Assembly: GCA_964291295.2 (NCBI GenBank)
Contig: OZ219754.1
Coordinates: forward strand, 1,664,001-1,728,000
Length of the DNA: 64,000 nucleotides
Source: an uncultured Candidatus Binatia bacterium
GTDB taxonomy: Bacteria > Desulfobacterota > Binatia > UBA9968 > JAJDTQ01
Direction of reading: 5' to 3'
The position numbers and the translations under genes were made by a program. How positions within the stretch are numbered: position 1 is the first letter of the stretch; the number at the start of each line of letters is the position of its first letter. The notes under the pieces were generated by a model that worked only from the letters and a program-made list of their open reading frames with translations, had not been told where the DNA came from and did no database searches. This document shows positions 10,405 to 20,882 of the stretch, piece by piece.

Positions 10405-10663
10405 CGCAATCCGGCGCTACCGGCGGGCCGGCCCTGCCTGCAGCCGCGAGTCCTCGGACCCGGGGCCACGTCTCGCAGTGAGTCGTCGATGAAGACGCTG
10501 ACACTCGTGCCGGCGGAAGCGATGGTGTTGATACGCAATCCGGTGCCGGCGGCGGGCCGGCCCGCGCCCGCAGCCGCGGGTCCTCGGACCCGGGGCCACA
10601 TCTCGCAGTGAGTCGTGGATGAAGGGGCTGACACTCGTGCCGGCGGAAGCGATGGCGCTGATG
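10405..10663 (+). repeat. ~130-bp tandem duplication covering the leader and first ~15 codons of the DMT gene
   Basis: Copy 1 is 10405-10533 and copy 2 is 10534-10663; they encode MKTLTLVPAEAMVL and MKGLTLVPAEAMAL. Confidence 0.9.
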
Positions 10664-11500
10664 GCGGCCTTCGCGTATGCGTCGGTCTCGGTCTCCTCGC
10701 GGCGGGGGCTGCGCTATTCCACGCCGCTCACCGCCACTTGCGTGGCCATGGGTGTACGGATGACCCTGCTCTGGCTGGCGGTCCTGGGTACGGGCGGCGT
10801 ACCCGCGGTGGCCTGGCCGGCGCTGCTGCTGTTCCTGTGCCTGGGCGTGATGCAGGCGGCCACGAGTTTTCTCACCTTCACCGGCGTTGCCAGGATCGGC
10901 GCCTCCCGCAGCCAGCCGCTGCGCACCACCTATCCGCTGTGGAGTGCGGCGTGGTCGGTGGCGCTCCTGGGCGAAAGCCTGACGCGCGCCGTCGCCACCG
11001 GGACGGTGCTGGTGGTGACCGGCACGCTTCTCATTTCCTGGAGTCCGGACCGCACTTCCAGGAGTTACCGCTGGTGGCATGTCCTTTTCCCGCTGGGCGC
11101 GGCGTTCCTCGCCGGCATCGCGTTCCCGGTGCGGCGCTACGCCCTCGATATCTCGAATCAGCCGCTCTTCTTTGCCGCGGTGCTGGCCACGGTGGCGGCG
11201 TTGTGCCTGGCGGTTTCGATGGCGGCGGGCCGTACCCGGGATCGGATCGATTGGGACCGGCGCGCGCTGCCGGCGTTCGTGGCGGCGGGGGCCTTCGAGA
11301 CCGCGGCATCGCTGCTGTCGCTGGTGGCCGTGAGCATGGGCCGGGTGGTGGAAGTGGCGCCGCTGGTGGCCACCTCCCCCTTGTGGACCCTGGTGCTCAC
11401 GGTGCTGGTGCTGCGCGGCGTGGAACGGATCAGCGCGAAGTCGGTGGCGGGCACTCTGGCCGTGGTGGCCGGGACCCTTGTCATCATCACTGGCCGTTAG
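10619..11500 (+). CDS. DMT/EamA family transporter
   Basis: About 10 hydrophobic helices in two EamA repeats (LLGE, VLRGVE motifs). Confidence 0.88.
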   Translation: MKGLTLVPAEAMALMAAFAYASVSVSSRRGLRYSTPLTATCVAMGVRMTLLWLAVLGTGGVPAVAWPALLLFLCLGVMQAATSFLTFTGVARIGASRSQPLRTTYPLWSAAWSVALLGESLTRAVATGTVLVVTGTLLISWSPDRTSRSYRWWHVLFPLGAAFLAGIAFPVRRYALDISNQPLFFAAVLATVAALCLAVSMAAGRTRDRIDWDRRALPAFVAAGAFETAASLLSLVAVSMGRVVEVAPLVATSPLWTLVLTVLVLRGVERISAKSVAGTLAVVAGTLVIITGR

Positions 11501-11599
11501 GGAAGGCCTGAACAACTCCGAATTCGCTGTGGCTGAATCAATACAATCAACAGGTTGCAAGTGGTTGAATGTCGCGCCATCGTGTTGTTCAGACCTTCC
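11501..11599. mobile_element. IS5-family-like MITE, copy 1 (99 bp)
   Basis: TIRs ggaaggcctgaacaac / gttgttcagaccttcc (15/16 match); preceded by TTAG; homologous to 58261-58357. Confidence 0.8.
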
Positions 11600-11739
11600 T
11601 TGGCCGCGGTTTCTTCGCCATCCGCCCCGAAAGGACCGCGTTCCTGTCGGCCATGCTTCGGCCGCGCTTCAGTCACGCCTCAGCTACCGAGCTTCCCGGC
11701 GGCACCCCGGGCCTGCGGCATTCCGCTCCGGCCACGTGG

Positions 11740-13842
11740 TTACACCAGTTCGAAGTCGATCTCGCCCTGGAACAGCTTTACGCGCGCGACCCGGACCTTG
11801 ACCGCGTCGCCCATGCGGAAGGTGCGGCCGTGGTTCTGCCCCTTGATGAGATGGGCCATGTCGTAATAGCGGTAGAAATCGTCCTCCAGCGACTTGAGGC
11901 TGACCATCCCCTCCACGAACCAGCGGTCCAGTTCCACGAAAAAGCCGAACGCGGCGAGGTCGGTAATGACGCCGGTGTGGATCTCGCCGGTCTTGTCGAT
12001 CATGAACTGGGCCTTCTTGAGGTCCATCATCTCCCGCTCCGCTTCCATGGCCAGGCGTTCGCGCCGGGAGCTGTGGTCGGCGTCCTCCGGGAGGCTGGCG
12101 GCGAGCTCCTCGCGTGCCTTCGGCGCAAGCCTTGTGCCGCTCATGGCCTGATCGAGGATGCGGTGGACCATGAGGTCGGGGTAGCGGCGTATCGGCGAGG
12201 TGAAGTGCAGGTAGGCTTCCGAGGCGAGTCCGAAATGGCCCGTGTTCTCCGGGTGGTAGACGGCCTGTTTCATGGAGCGCAGCAGCATCCGGTTCAGCAC
12301 GCGCGCTTCCGGCTTGCCGCGGCACGCTTCCAGGACACGCTGGAGCTCCCTTGAGGAGATCTTCCCGGCGCCGCGGTGCAGCCGGTATCCCAGTGTGGAC
12401 AGGAACGGGCCGATGGCGTCGAGGGTATCCTCGTCGGGTCCTTCGTGCACGCGATAGACGCAGGGGAACTTCCGTTCCCGGAGGTAGCCGGCCACGGCCT
12501 CGTTGGCGGCGATCATGAACTCTTCGATCATCCGGTGGGCGAGGGTGCGCTCCGCGCGCCGGATGTCGGTGGGCATGCCGTGGTCGTCCAGCAGGATCTC
12601 CGTTTCCGGCAGTTCGAAGTCGAGGCTTCCCCGCGCCCGCCGCCGCTCCATGAAGAGGTGCGTGAGCTCCTCCATCGCCTGAAGCGGCTCGACCGCCGCC
12701 CTGCAACGGGCCATGACGGACGGGTCTCCGTTCACGAGGATTCGCCCGACCTCGGTGTAAGTGAGCCGGGCGTGGCTGCGGATGATCGACCGGAACAGTT
12801 CCTTCCGCTCCACCTCTCCCTTGCGGTTGATTTCCAGCAGCACGGTCCGGGCGAGCCGGTCCACGCCCGCCTTGAGGCTGCAGATGCCGCTGGACAGGGT
12901 TGGCGGCAGCATGGGCAGGGCCCGGTCCGGGAAGTACACGCTGGTGCCGCGGGCATGGGCCTCGCTGTCCAGGGCGGAGCCGCGAGGCACGTAGTGGGCC
13001 ACGTCGGCGATGGATACGTAGAGCCGCCAGCCCTTCGCCGCGGTCTTCTCGATGCTGATGGCGTCGTCGAAATCGCGCGCGGTTTCGCCGTCCACGGTGA
13101 AGGTCGTGAGGCCCCGCAGGTCCCGGCGCCCGTCCGCGTTCACCGCACCGACATGGTCCGCCTGCCGCCGCGCCTCCTCCGAGAACTCCTCGGGCCAGCC
13201 GTAGCGGAGGATCACCGCCCGGGCCTGGACCTCGGGGTCGTCCGGAGACCCCAGCAACTGGTGGACGCGCGCTTCGGCCGGCGTGTAGCCGCCGCCGTAA
13301 CGGATCATCTCCACCGCCGCCACCTGGCCGGGCGGCAGCGGTCCGTCCGCCGCCAGCGGGATCGCGGCGGCGATGCGCGGGTCCATGGGCACCACCACGG
13401 GGTGCTCCCCGTCGGTCCGTACCACGCCCACGATGCGGCGGTGTCCCCGTTCCAGCACTTCCACCACGTGGCCCTGGCTGCCGCCGCGCCGGTTCTGCTC
13501 CGGGCGCGCCCGCACCCGGTCGCCGTGCATCACCTGCCGCATCTCCCGGCGGCTGAGGTAGAGATCCTCCATTCCCTTCTGGTCCGGTATCACGAAGCCG
13601 AACCCGTTCGGATGTCGCTGCACGACGCCGTCCACGAAGCTGGCGGCCTTGGCGAGGGTGTAATGGTTCTTGTGGAGACCGATCACCTTGCGTTCGTGGA
13701 TCAACTCCTTGAGCGCATCGGTCAGCGTTTCCCGGACCGCTTTGCCGAACCCCTTTCGCAGCTCACGCAGGCTGAAGCGGTGGCCGGGCCTGGACCGCAT
13801 CAACGAAAGGATGCGGGGTTTGAGGGTGGCGAGGTCGTTCAT
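11740..13842 (-). CDS. rnr: ribonuclease R
   Basis: N-terminal HTH and cold-shock domains, RNB motifs (DGETARDFDDA, IADVAHYV, HFTSPIRRYPD), C-terminal S1. Confidence 0.95.
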   Translation of the reverse strand: MNDLATLKPRILSLMRSRPGHRFSLRELRKGFGKAVRETLTDALKELIHERKVIGLHKNHYTLAKAASFVDGVVQRHPNGFGFVIPDQKGMEDLYLSRREMRQVMHGDRVRARPEQNRRGGSQGHVVEVLERGHRRIVGVVRTDGEHPVVVPMDPRIAAAIPLAADGPLPPGQVAAVEMIRYGGGYTPAEARVHQLLGSPDDPEVQARAVILRYGWPEEFSEEARRQADHVGAVNADGRRDLRGLTTFTVDGETARDFDDAISIEKTAAKGWRLYVSIADVAHYVPRGSALDSEAHARGTSVYFPDRALPMLPPTLSSGICSLKAGVDRLARTVLLEINRKGEVERKELFRSIIRSHARLTYTEVGRILVNGDPSVMARCRAAVEPLQAMEELTHLFMERRRARGSLDFELPETEILLDDHGMPTDIRRAERTLAHRMIEEFMIAANEAVAGYLRERKFPCVYRVHEGPDEDTLDAIGPFLSTLGYRLHRGAGKISSRELQRVLEACRGKPEARVLNRMLLRSMKQAVYHPENTGHFGLASEAYLHFTSPIRRYPDLMVHRILDQAMSGTRLAPKAREELAASLPEDADHSSRRERLAMEAEREMMDLKKAQFMIDKTGEIHTGVITDLAAFGFFVELDRWFVEGMVSLKSLEDDFYRYYDMAHLIKGQNHGRTFRMGDAVKVRVARVKLFQGEIDFELV

Positions 13843-14112
13843 GGGGAGGGCGTGCGGTCGCCGGGATGCGGATGGGCCTTGATGTCCGCTTCGCCGGTCG
13901 GGGCGCTCCGCGCATCACGGGCGGGTCGAAGGGAATCCGCCAGCGGCACGCTCATGGCATTTTCCGGCGCCACGGCTCGCGCGTTGCCGCACCGCCGACG
14001 AGAACCCGCGATGGACCGGACGTGCCGGCCGCACCCCGGCGGTGCCTGTCCATGGCAAGGGGCGAGAACGTTCTCACGGATGCGATTCAGGAGACAATCC
14101 GAAGCGGCGGGC

Positions 14113-16752
14113 TCAACGAAGCAACTCGCGAAAGCCTCGTCGCAGTCTATCCCAGATATAGGTTCCGTCTCCGTCATCGGAACTCGAAGGCCGCTCTTGA
14201 GCGAGCCTGTCGTACATGTAGCGGGTGAGTTGCTCGACGTCGGGCTTGAAGGAGACATCGGGAATGTTCCCGGCCAGCCGGAACGGCAGGCTGATGCCGT
14301 CCGAATCGAACAGATAGCGGACATTTCGGTACCGTCCGCTCAGATCGCGGGAGAATGCCGGCGACAGGATCAGTGTCGCTCGGAGGTCCACGCCGCCGTC
14401 AAGGCTGGCCCAGCCCCTGCCGACGATGCTGTACTCGTCGGAGATCAACAGAAGATCATCGCTCCGGACGCGCCCGTTTCGGAGGGTGAACGCCCCCTCG
14501 ATGAGATTGAAGGAGGTGCGGTCGCCACGCACCAGCGACAGGTATGCGGGTGCGGCGGTGTCGATCTTGTCGATCCCCTCCACCGCGTCCATGGCGGCCA
14601 GCACGCCGCGCACGGGATTGAACTTGTGCAGGACGCCCTTGTCCAGAAGGACACTGCCGCTTCCACTCAGGTTCCGGACCAGCGTGGACCAGTCCGTGCC
14701 GCCGCCCCGAAAGCGTCCGGAGAGGTTCAAGTGGCCATGGATGGAGTCCGCGGCGCCGTCCTCGAGAAGCGGCAGCAGGCGACGCAGGTCCAGGCGCTCC
14801 GCCGTGGGGCTCAACTCCAGGTCGAAGCCCTGGCCGTTCCGGCGGGTCAGTGTTCCGTGACCCCGGACCGTGCCTCCCAGCGCCTCGATCGCCACCCGGT
14901 CGGCCTTGAGTTTGCCGCCGGTCCAGTTCACGCGCCCCTGCAGGTTGCGGTATGCCACGCCCCTGAGCCGCCCGTTGCTGGACGAGAGGAACCCTTGGAT
15001 CGACAGAACCCCCTCCGTGGTGAAGCCGGCCGATCCTTCGCTCGCGACATTGCTGAAGGAGTCCGCCCGGTAGCGGGCGTCTCCGGTGATGTCCGCCACG
15101 TTGAGCAGGTCGGACTGAACGCTGTAGTGCAGCGTGGGCCGGCTCAGGTTCGCCAGCAGCCCCCGGACGCGGATGTCCGACAGCCCCGACCGCAACTGAA
15201 GCCTTCGGACCACGACATCGGCGCCGCGGAACTCCAGCTCCGCCTGGAGCCCCTGGATCGTCCGGCGTTTGCCGGGAGGGCCGATGACCTGGACGTTGGC
15301 GAGTTGAAGGCTGCCCAACAACGTAGGCGGCTCGTTTCGCGGCGCCGACTTGTGCCGCAGCGTCAGCCCGCCTCTGAGGGTGCCCTCCAGCCGGTAGCCG
15401 GCCGCCGCCGGCACCAGCGCCTCCCATCCCGCCAAGGCCACATCGTCGGCCTTGATGCGCAGTCGCACCACCGGCTCCGGATGGCGGTCGACGGAACCGG
15501 AGAATACCACCCTGCCGTTGTGGAGCCGGGACTCGGACTCGTAGATGACCACCCGGTGGTGGCGCACTCTTGTCTTCATGGCCAGACGGGCTGCTGTCCC
15601 CGGCCCCTTGTCGAGCCATTTGCCGTACTGGATCGTATTGGCATCCGCGGTGACGGACGTATCGATTCGGAGGTCATCGAAGCTTCCTTCGAGCCGGTTG
15701 GACAGGGCCACGGTCTGATGAACCGCCAGGCCCGCCGGCACCACCCGGTCCACCCACGGAATCTGCCGCAACTGGCCGAGAGTGACTGGTCCGAGTTGCA
15801 GGTCGGCCTTGATGCGCCCCTGGTCCCATGTGGCGGTCCGGGAGAAGTCGAGTTCGCCGGTGAGGCGGGCGTTGTTGGCATCGGCGCCGAACAGGGCCGC
15901 GCTGACGTTCAGTTGCGACACCCGGGGGCGTTCGAGGGTGCCGGAGATGCGTGCACTCACCGCCGGACGGACAGACGGGCGGAAGTAGGAAGGAAGGTGG
16001 TTCTCCATCAGCTTCCAGCCATGCGCGACCAGGATCTCGGGCACCGAGGCGGACCGGAGTTCCAGGTCCACGGCGTTGGCCGTCCACTCCGACAGCGGCC
16101 GTGACGTTTCCACGGTGCCGGTCAGCGAGAACGGGCGCTGGCCGTCCGGAGTCAGCGCGCCCGAGAAACCCACCTGAAGACCCGGCCCCCGCGACCATTG
16201 GAGCGCCACCGCGAGGTCATGCAGCCGGAGATCCTCGGGGTTGTCCCCGGAGCGGTCGATGAAATGAAGCTTCCCGCCGCTGGCGCCTACGGTCAGCCCG
16301 GTCCGATGCGCCGCGCGCAAGCCCGCATCAAGGGGATGCGAGGGCGTGAGGAAATTGATGTCACCGTATTCGTTGCGGATGATCTGTATCTCGGGCCGGT
16401 GAAGGACGATGCGGGACACCGTCGGCTTGCCCGTGATCAGGGACCACCACCCGAGTGAGATCATAAGCTGGTCCGCGTGGACCAGCGGCGTCGCCGCAAA
16501 CCGCGGATCGTCGGCCACGCGCAGGTTGGTCACCGTGATGCCGAGGCCCCCCGGGTTTCCGAGAAGACTCAGACTGATGGAATCGAAAGCCACGGTGCGC
16601 CCGATGGCGTTTTCGATCTTCCCGCGAATGGTCTCCTTGCGGCTTTCCAGCAGCGCTTCCAGCCCTGCTGACGCCGCCGCCGCCAGCACTGCGGCGAGGG
16701 ACAGGACAACCAGCAGTCTGGACGCTTTGAATCTGGACGTTTTGCTTCTCAT
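14113..16752 (-). CDS. AsmA family protein
   Basis: N-terminal TM anchor, AsmA-like N-terminus (IGRTVAFDSISLSL...RPEIQIIRNEYG), beta-rich repeats, AsmA-like C-terminus (LPFRLAG). Confidence 0.82.
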   Translation of the reverse strand: MRSKTSRFKASRLLVVLSLAAVLAAAASAGLEALLESRKETIRGKIENAIGRTVAFDSISLSLLGNPGGLGITVTNLRVADDPRFAATPLVHADQLMISLGWWSLITGKPTVSRIVLHRPEIQIIRNEYGDINFLTPSHPLDAGLRAAHRTGLTVGASGGKLHFIDRSGDNPEDLRLHDLAVALQWSRGPGLQVGFSGALTPDGQRPFSLTGTVETSRPLSEWTANAVDLELRSASVPEILVAHGWKLMENHLPSYFRPSVRPAVSARISGTLERPRVSQLNVSAALFGADANNARLTGELDFSRTATWDQGRIKADLQLGPVTLGQLRQIPWVDRVVPAGLAVHQTVALSNRLEGSFDDLRIDTSVTADANTIQYGKWLDKGPGTAARLAMKTRVRHHRVVIYESESRLHNGRVVFSGSVDRHPEPVVRLRIKADDVALAGWEALVPAAAGYRLEGTLRGGLTLRHKSAPRNEPPTLLGSLQLANVQVIGPPGKRRTIQGLQAELEFRGADVVVRRLQLRSGLSDIRVRGLLANLSRPTLHYSVQSDLLNVADITGDARYRADSFSNVASEGSAGFTTEGVLSIQGFLSSSNGRLRGVAYRNLQGRVNWTGGKLKADRVAIEALGGTVRGHGTLTRRNGQGFDLELSPTAERLDLRRLLPLLEDGAADSIHGHLNLSGRFRGGGTDWSTLVRNLSGSGSVLLDKGVLHKFNPVRGVLAAMDAVEGIDKIDTAAPAYLSLVRGDRTSFNLIEGAFTLRNGRVRSDDLLLISDEYSIVGRGWASLDGGVDLRATLILSPAFSRDLSGRYRNVRYLFDSDGISLPFRLAGNIPDVSFKPDVEQLTRYMYDRLAQERPSSSDDGDGTYIWDRLRRGFRELLR

Positions 16753-17160
16753 GTTCCGCCGAGTTCACGATCCGGCGTGCCGTCCCGGACGGAACGTTGG
16801 CAACAGCAAGGTTGGCAAATCCGGGAAAGGCCACCATGTGAAACACGCTAATATACAGGACTCCCCATCGGCTTGCCAGCACACATGACGGCATCGCCCG
16901 GGAACCGGCCAGGCATCCGGACCGCCCGGGAAGGTGGGTGCGGAAGAATTGATGGAAAGTGATGGACGTCGATGATCGCCACCCTGTCGGAACAAGGGGA
17001 CCGGAAGCGGCGCGGGTGCAGCCGGCAAGCGCGAGCGTTGGGCCGGGTGCGGCGGTCAGGGCAGGCGGTGGCGGAAGAATGAACGGACCACACGGCCGAA
17101 CCCCCGAAGCGCGTGCACATTCCGGCATTGATGCGGGCCGGGGTTACCTGTCACCTCACA

Positions 17161-17214
17161 ATGGAGTTTGATGCGAAGAAACGAGTGACGCGACGGGGAG
17201 TATTTCTTGAGAAA
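17161..17214 (+). mobile_element. possible IS5-family transposase N-terminal remnant
   Basis: Reads MEFDAKKRVTRRGVFLEK, resembling the IS5 transposase N-terminal K-x-T-R-R-E-x-F-L segment; very short. Confidence 0.3.
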
Positions 17215-18039
17215 ACGGCTCGATATCCATGACTCCGGCGCCCTCTCCCGCCTCTCCACAGTCCCGTATCCTCCTCGTCAAGCCAATCGTGCTTATTTCG
17301 AGCTCTTGTCCAGACTCTCCCTGGTGGCGAAGTCATGCCGGGCGAGCCCATCGCGAAACCCTGATAACCGGAACCGTCGTGCATGGCAGGGTCGTGTCCC
17401 GAGCATCAGGGCATCCGTGAACGAGAAGAGATTGGGGCAGCCTGGTTGCTGCCGGACAAGGCATCGGGAACAAGGCGACCGGGAACAAGGCGTTTTCCCG
17501 CATGTCCCGTGAGCGGATCCGGGATCGGGCCGGCACCACCGGCGCGCCAGGTGTGCCGAGGCAGCGCTTCCGGCGCTGGAACATCGCCTGCGGTCCACGC
17601 GTTTGCGAAGTGCCGAGGCCCCCGCAGACACATCGGCTTGCAGGCCGGGCGGCGAGCCTCGGTGCTTTTCCTGAACCGCTCGCGATGGCGTACGCGGCCC
17701 ACGGCAACTCACGGCCGGCTTCAGGTCGGCAGTGGAAGGCGGATGTCCGGTCGGCCGGGGACCACGCCGGCAGAAGATCCGCATGGGTGATACGGTCAGC
17801 CGCGTTGCCGGAGGTCGGGATGACGGCTATACGATACGGACAACCGGCACATGATCGGCAACGGTGCTGTCCGCAGCGGTATGGGCGACAGGAGTCGGCG
17901 GGCGGCGGAACCTTGGAGGAGTCGATCCAGGGCGGGGCGCACGACGGGCGGGCGGCGTTTCGGGTTGTGAATTCTGATTGCATCGCAATCGCGTCGGCCT
18001 GGAATGAAGCCCTTGCGGGAATGGGGGACAGGAAGGACC

Positions 18040-18282
18040 ATGGCGAGTATCACGATCCGCAATCTCGACGAAGACGTGAAGAGCCGCCTGCGGGTGCGCG
18101 CGGCCTGCAACGGACGGTCCATGGAAGAGGAGGTGCGGCTGATTCTGCGCGATGCCGTCGGGTGCGGGAAGCCTCCCCGGAGTCTCGCGAGCGCTATTCG
18201 CGCCCGGACCGCGCCTCTGGGTGGGGTGGATCTGGAGTTGCCCCCGCGCGGTCCCGGACGCGAGCCGCCGCCCTTCGACTGA
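18040..18282 (+). CDS. FitA/StbC-like ribbon-helix-helix antitoxin
   Basis: MASITIRNLDEDVKSRLRVRAACNGRSMEEEVRLIL signature. Confidence 0.92.
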   Translation: MASITIRNLDEDVKSRLRVRAACNGRSMEEEVRLILRDAVGCGKPPRSLASAIRARTAPLGGVDLELPPRGPGREPPPFD

Positions 18283-18292
18283 CGCGGCGGCG

Positions 18293-18727
18293 ATGTTCCT
18301 GGTGGATACGAATGTGGTGTCCGAAATCCTGCGCCCGTCTCCCGTGCCTGTTGTCGAGACCTGGGTTGGGGACCGCCGAACAACGGACCTGTATTCGTAT
18401 CTGTATTTCGCGGCAATCGGCGAGGCGGAGCTTCGTTACGGTGTTGCCATTCTGTCGGCCGGCCGGTGCCAGACCGCGCTTGCGTTCGCCATCGAGACAA
18501 TCCTGCGAGAAGACTTTGTGGATTGGACTCTCCCTTTCGACGGCGAGGCGGCGCGGGACCATGCGGATATCGCGGCCGTGTGCCGTTCCGCCGGCCGTAT
18601 TGTCCCGCCGGCGGAATGCCAGGTCGCGGCCATCGCCCGGTCCCGGAACATGACGGCGGCGACGCGCAATGTCCGGGACTTCGAGGGCATCGACATCGAA
18701 GTCGTCGATCCCTGGACGGCGGCATGA
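18293..18727 (+). CDS. vapC: VapC/FitB PIN-domain toxin
   Basis: LVDTNVVSE, AELRYG, ATRNVRDF, VVDPW; stop overlaps the hsdR start (ATGA). Confidence 0.9.
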   Translation: MFLVDTNVVSEILRPSPVPVVETWVGDRRTTDLYSYLYFAAIGEAELRYGVAILSAGRCQTALAFAIETILREDFVDWTLPFDGEAARDHADIAAVCRSAGRIVPPAECQVAAIARSRNMTAATRNVRDFEGIDIEVVDPWTAA

Positions 18728-20877
18728 GCGACTCGACCGAAGCCTTCGCGCGCGTCAAGATCGATGCCCTGCTCAAGGACGCGGGCTGGGATCTGACGGA
18801 CGGTTCGAGCGTCCTGTACGAGCACGCGCTGCCCGACGGCACGCAGGCCGATTACGTGCTCTGCGATCGTCACGGTCGGCCCATGGCGGTGCTGGAAGCC
18901 AAGCGGGCGAGCACCGATCCGATCACGGCGCAAGACCAGGGCAGGCACTACGCCGAACAGCTTGGCGTGCCCTTCGTCTTCCTGTCGAACGGCGAGGAGG
19001 TGCGGTTCCTCGACCGCGAGACCGACGCCCACGCGCGCGAGATTGCGGGCTTCTACGCCCGGGACGATCTTGAACGGCGGATCGCTGCGCGCTGGAACCG
19101 ACGCGATCTTTCGGCGGTCGCCATCGATCCGAAGATCGTCGACCGCGACTACCAGATCGAATGCGTCGAGGCGCTGTCGGCCGAGGTCTCGTGCGGGCGG
19201 CGCAAGCTGCTGGTGGAGATGGCGACGGGCACAGGCAAGACGCGCACGGCGGCGGCTTTCGTCAAGCGGCTGTTCGAGGCGGGCATTGTCACCCGAGTGC
19301 TGTTCCTGGTGGACCGGATCGCCTTGGCCCGGCAGGCCGAGGACGCCTTCACCGACCATCTGCGGGACTACCCCTGCCACGTGCTGCGGCCCGGCCGCGG
19401 CTTTGATCGGGCCAAGCGCATCACGATTGCGACCTTGCAGACCATGATCGCCGAGTTCGGCACGCTCTCCCCGGGCTATTTCGATCTGGTCATTACCGAC
19501 GAATGCCACCGCTCGATCTACGGCAAGTGGAGCGGCGTGCTGCGGCACTTCGATTCCATCCAGCTCGGTCTTACGGCGACGCCCTGCACCACCGAAGCCG
19601 ACGCGCTGCCCGATCCCGAGGACGGGCTGTTCGTGCGCGATACGCTGCGCTTCTTCGGGCTTGAGAAACCGACCTTCCGTTACGACCTGCGCCGGGCCAT
19701 CGAGGAAGGCCACCTTGTGCCTTACCGCATCTACAAGGCGATGACGGTGAAGACCGCTGCGGGGGACGGGTTCGAGGTCAAACGTGAAGAACTCGACTGG
19801 AGCGCGATGGACCGGGAGACGCGAGAGGAGTTCGAGGAACTCTTCGCCGCTTCGGACCCGATCACGGTGGACCCGCGGGCACTGGAGCGCAAGTTCACGA
19901 TTCCCGAGCGTAACCGCGTCATGGTGCGCGAGTTCCGGGACGCGCACGAGAAGGGCTTCATGGGCAAGGACGGCGTCAGGCGCTGGCCGGCAGAGGGCAA
20001 GACCTTGGTGTTCGCGGTAACCCGGCGTCACGCCGAGACCTTGGCGGAGATGTTCGACGAGCACTTCGCGGATCTGAAGCCGCATCCGAGCGTGCGCTAC
20101 GCCGACTTCGTGGTGAGCGACGTGGGCGGTGGTCCGGCGCCCGATGCGAGCGCCATCGTCAAGCGCTTCAAAGAGGAGGAGTTTCCCAGGATACTGGTCA
20201 GCGTGAACATGCTGGACACCGGCTTCGACTGTCCGGAGGTCGTCAACCTGGTCATGGCTCGGTTCACGCGAAGCGCGATCCTCTACCGGCAGATGCGTGG
20301 GCGGGGCACGCGCAGAGCGGACCACATCAGCAAGACCGGGTTCACGATGTTTGATTTCGTCGGCGTGACGGACTTCCACGGCGACGACGAAGGCGATATC
20401 CACGGTGGTTGGGTTCTCGAGCCCAGCCACGGTCCTTCGTCCGGTTCTGGCAATCCTCGCATGTTGCTGAACCTGGACGTGGACGATCACATCGACCCGG
20501 AGAGCCGCGATTGGTTGACGCTCGACGAGAATGGCCGCATCGTGCGCACGCCGGAGCACGATGCGCGTGCTGCGGAGGTCGGCATGAAGTTCGAGGCATG
20601 GCGGGGTGAACACAGGGACGACTTCACTGCGGAGCAAGCACGCTGGGCCAGCCTGATCGGCAGCCGGGTGAGGGCCGATGCGATGAATATGGAGAACTTC
20701 GGCGGTTGGAACTTCGACGAACATCCCTTTGCCGCCTTGGGGGGATACGATAAGGCGTGCCGCGTGTTCGGTGGTGAGGAATCGCTGGGCGAACTGATCG
20801 CCGGGATCAACGCCGCAGTGTTCGGACAATGGAAGGCCGGCGGGGCGGCCGAAGGCGCTCGCGCCGGGGAGTGGTGA
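18724..20877 (+). CDS. hsdR: type I restriction endonuclease R subunit (EcoAI-like)
   Basis: N-terminal ADYVL...LEAK...QGRHYA nuclease motif; MATGTGKT, DECH, GLTATP, MLDTGFD, QMRGRGTR helicase motifs. Confidence 0.92.
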   Translation: MSDSTEAFARVKIDALLKDAGWDLTDGSSVLYEHALPDGTQADYVLCDRHGRPMAVLEAKRASTDPITAQDQGRHYAEQLGVPFVFLSNGEEVRFLDRETDAHAREIAGFYARDDLERRIAARWNRRDLSAVAIDPKIVDRDYQIECVEALSAEVSCGRRKLLVEMATGTGKTRTAAAFVKRLFEAGIVTRVLFLVDRIALARQAEDAFTDHLRDYPCHVLRPGRGFDRAKRITIATLQTMIAEFGTLSPGYFDLVITDECHRSIYGKWSGVLRHFDSIQLGLTATPCTTEADALPDPEDGLFVRDTLRFFGLEKPTFRYDLRRAIEEGHLVPYRIYKAMTVKTAAGDGFEVKREELDWSAMDRETREEFEELFAASDPITVDPRALERKFTIPERNRVMVREFRDAHEKGFMGKDGVRRWPAEGKTLVFAVTRRHAETLAEMFDEHFADLKPHPSVRYADFVVSDVGGGPAPDASAIVKRFKEEEFPRILVSVNMLDTGFDCPEVVNLVMARFTRSAILYRQMRGRGTRRADHISKTGFTMFDFVGVTDFHGDDEGDIHGGWVLEPSHGPSSGSGNPRMLLNLDVDDHIDPESRDWLTLDENGRIVRTPEHDARAAEVGMKFEAWRGEHRDDFTAEQARWASLIGSRVRADAMNMENFGGWNFDEHPFAALGGYDKACRVFGGEESLGELIAGINAAVFGQWKAGGAAEGARAGEW

Positions 20878-20882
20878 GCACC

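Noticed and set aside
12376-16104. 1242-aa + strand ORF, and similar long antisense ORFs (18436-20895, 48348-50150, 54193-56034)
   Set aside because: No recognisable motifs; they lie opposite clear genes, as expected in high-GC DNA.
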